From contig CAXBPH010000148.1 in assembly GCA_963977445.1 (NCBI GenBank), forward strand, positions 1-16,723: a stretch of DNA of 16,723 nt. Reading direction: 5' to 3'. A program made the translations under genes and the position numbers. Position 1 is the stretch's first letter. The number at the start of each line of letters is the position of its first letter. A model generated the notes under the pieces. The model was not told the origin of the DNA. It worked only from the letters and a program-made list of their open reading frames with translations, and made no database searches. Source of the DNA: an uncultured bacterium. Its GTDB lineage: Bacteria > Hydrogenedentota > Hydrogenedentia > Hydrogenedentales > JAEUWI01. Shown one piece after another: positions 16,101 through 16,723 of this stretch.

Positions 16101-16722
16101 AAAAAGATTCGCTCGTAAAGTAGCGTATCTGGCCCGCCATCGCCCCCCTGCCGACCCCCACGCCGATGATACTGATTCGGTCGTCTGAAATTTGATCGGG
16201 GGGCGTCCCCGGACCACCGCGACCAAAGAGATCAGGTGCGCTCACGTTGAAGAGACAATAAGATCCGTCGTCATCCACCCGGTAAACCTGGCCATTGGCG
16301 AAGAGCGTTATGACATAGTCGGGCTCGTCCAGCACACCGACAATCTTACCGGTGACGGTATACGGGGGGCAGCTGCCTCCCCAGCCTGCAACATGGATTC
16401 CGGAACCGGGATCGCTGACAATTTCCGCGCCATCGTCGCTCACGCTGGCAGAGGTGACGATTTCAAAACGTCCCGTTTCATGATTAAAACTGAGGAAATA
16501 GGCGATGGCCCCAGGAGCCAGGCCGCTCATATTTGGATAGGTGATCTCCACCGGCGGATCGAAGTGGGTGCCGCCCGGCTGGAGGGTCCAGGCGAAGGGC
16601 GGGGACGCGCCGTCGGGCAAGGGCATGGGAATGTCATCGAAATGAACTTGATTGAGTGAGAGCCGAATGGGATTGGCCGCGTCCGGGCGGGATCCGTCCA
16701 CATTGGTGACGGAACCCGCTTT
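13144..16722 (-). CDS. Large extracellular FG-GAP/VCBS repeat protein with Ig-like and carboxypeptidase-regulatory-like domains; 5' end lies outside the window
   Basis: 14 DxDxDG-type repeats (GDLNNDGSQD through GDLNGDDLPD). One Big_2-like Ig unit (LRITADP...DVT...VTATYQG). Two CarboxypepD_reg-like units (IEGLVQDENGDPVEGA..TTDANGFF; VTGQVFFEDNAPAEGA..DGAFSF). The frame is open to the window edge (KAGSVTNVDG), so GTG 16701 is probably not the true start. Confidence 0.9.
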   Translation of the reverse strand, partial: KAGSVTNVDGSRPDAANPIRLSLNQVHFDDIPMPLPDGASPPFAWTLQPGGTHFDPPVEITYPNMSGLAPGAIAYFLSFNHETGRFEIVTSASVSDDGAEIVSDPGSGIHVAGWGGSCPPYTVTGKIVGVLDEPDYVITLFANGQVYRVDDDGSYCLFNVSAPDLFGRGGPGTPPDQISDDRISIIGVGVGRGAMAGQIRYFTSESFYLSQDQVVNVSSFSGGASPPLFPKELRITADPTTFAPDATSQATTTAIYFDGRMQDVTPVSAGTAYRVSNTDIITIDDSALISSHDSGPAFVTATYQGVTATRRVNIARDTITTRIEGLVQDENGDPVEGAAISTISFGGDFTTDANGFFSFDLTLPAATVGVVVTVVVDNEEFDSGLVPVIPGGITDVGILTGEPITFTTTVTGQVFFEDNAPAEGAEVFTNLGGNGIVGSDGAFSFELTGSYRGVLPVLDVTARIQSGSDSFSGQMMGVTILPGGTTDVGTIIVRASVTILYPGLRSAIGGPPVDIALGDLNNDGSQDAVAVIVSGASSDRFSRVSAALSNGDGSYLPAQVIDVGDSAAAIKLGDFDNDGNLDAAVADAIGNSIFILVGNGDGTFGAPSEFSAGTQTQRLDTADINGDGSLDVVAGNTGSATLSLFLGNGDGTLQAATPLNIGGTNIINPVLADVDEDGNIDLVVAHRGLNRIQFHKGNGDGTFADPVNFATAAAPDDLILADLNGDDNLDAVAAVFQSGVSVLLGDGAGGFSDHVEYAVSGNPRDLAAADFNQDDALDLVVPFSDGNFDFVAVLFGDGIGGFQSELVLDVPRFTRLVAAGDADEDGNNDVITASGGGFGDLSVLRGLGNGDFETQITVPTGIGGSAGVAVVDMNGDDDLDLVTARFSDGEILVLLGDGTAGFSEAIASSTANRVLDMLVANINNDAALDVVTAHQNTRQIGISLGNGDGTFQEVFFVEGGADARGLAVGDIDRDGIPDLLSVPGPTGGIDVRLGINGSTFQSVFEIPTANVIQDVFLGEVDGDGNLDLVASRSGTLMLYLGNGDGSFASPRNLQIGGISVVFTDIDRDGIQDIVTGDREGMVSIIPGAGDGFFRPAVRYDVNAHRDPATISYLSVADVNVDGEQDLVFSYEPYQCVGILLGDGTTFFSGFTRYDLGGTFTMGIGVGDLNGDDLPDIISANSGGNNLSVLLHR

Positions 16723-16723
16723 C

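Overview
High-GC bacterial DNA; all credible genes lie on the minus strand. The core (298..10211) is a tightly coupled nine-gene operon. In transcription order it encodes: a GcvH-like lipoyl-carrier protein; a COG0523/CobW GTPase; a small HdrA-N-terminal-like Cys protein; a 2x[4Fe-4S] protein; a radical SAM enzyme; a Cys-rich DUF116-like domain fused to a long-chain-type polyprenyl synthase; a prenyltransferase-beta-fold protein; a DxDD squalene-hopene-cyclase-like class II cyclase; and an IscS-like cysteine desulfurase. I cannot match this combination to a characterised pathway. It looks like an isoprenoid/polycyclic-lipid biosynthetic cluster with Fe-S, sulfur and carrier-protein chemistry, and it is the best candidate for an undescribed system. 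Upstream is a mosaic: a chimeric relic joining the 3' end of a cobW homolog to the 5' end of an iscS homolog, a low-GC insert with two hypothetical genes (one a probable autoregulated tandem ribbon-helix-helix protein), and a CoA-transferase fragment. A large FG-GAP/Ig-like surface protein runs off the right edge. At the left edge, a REP-like composite repeat supplies the iscS stop codon. All calls come from motif recognition by eye; no searches were run.
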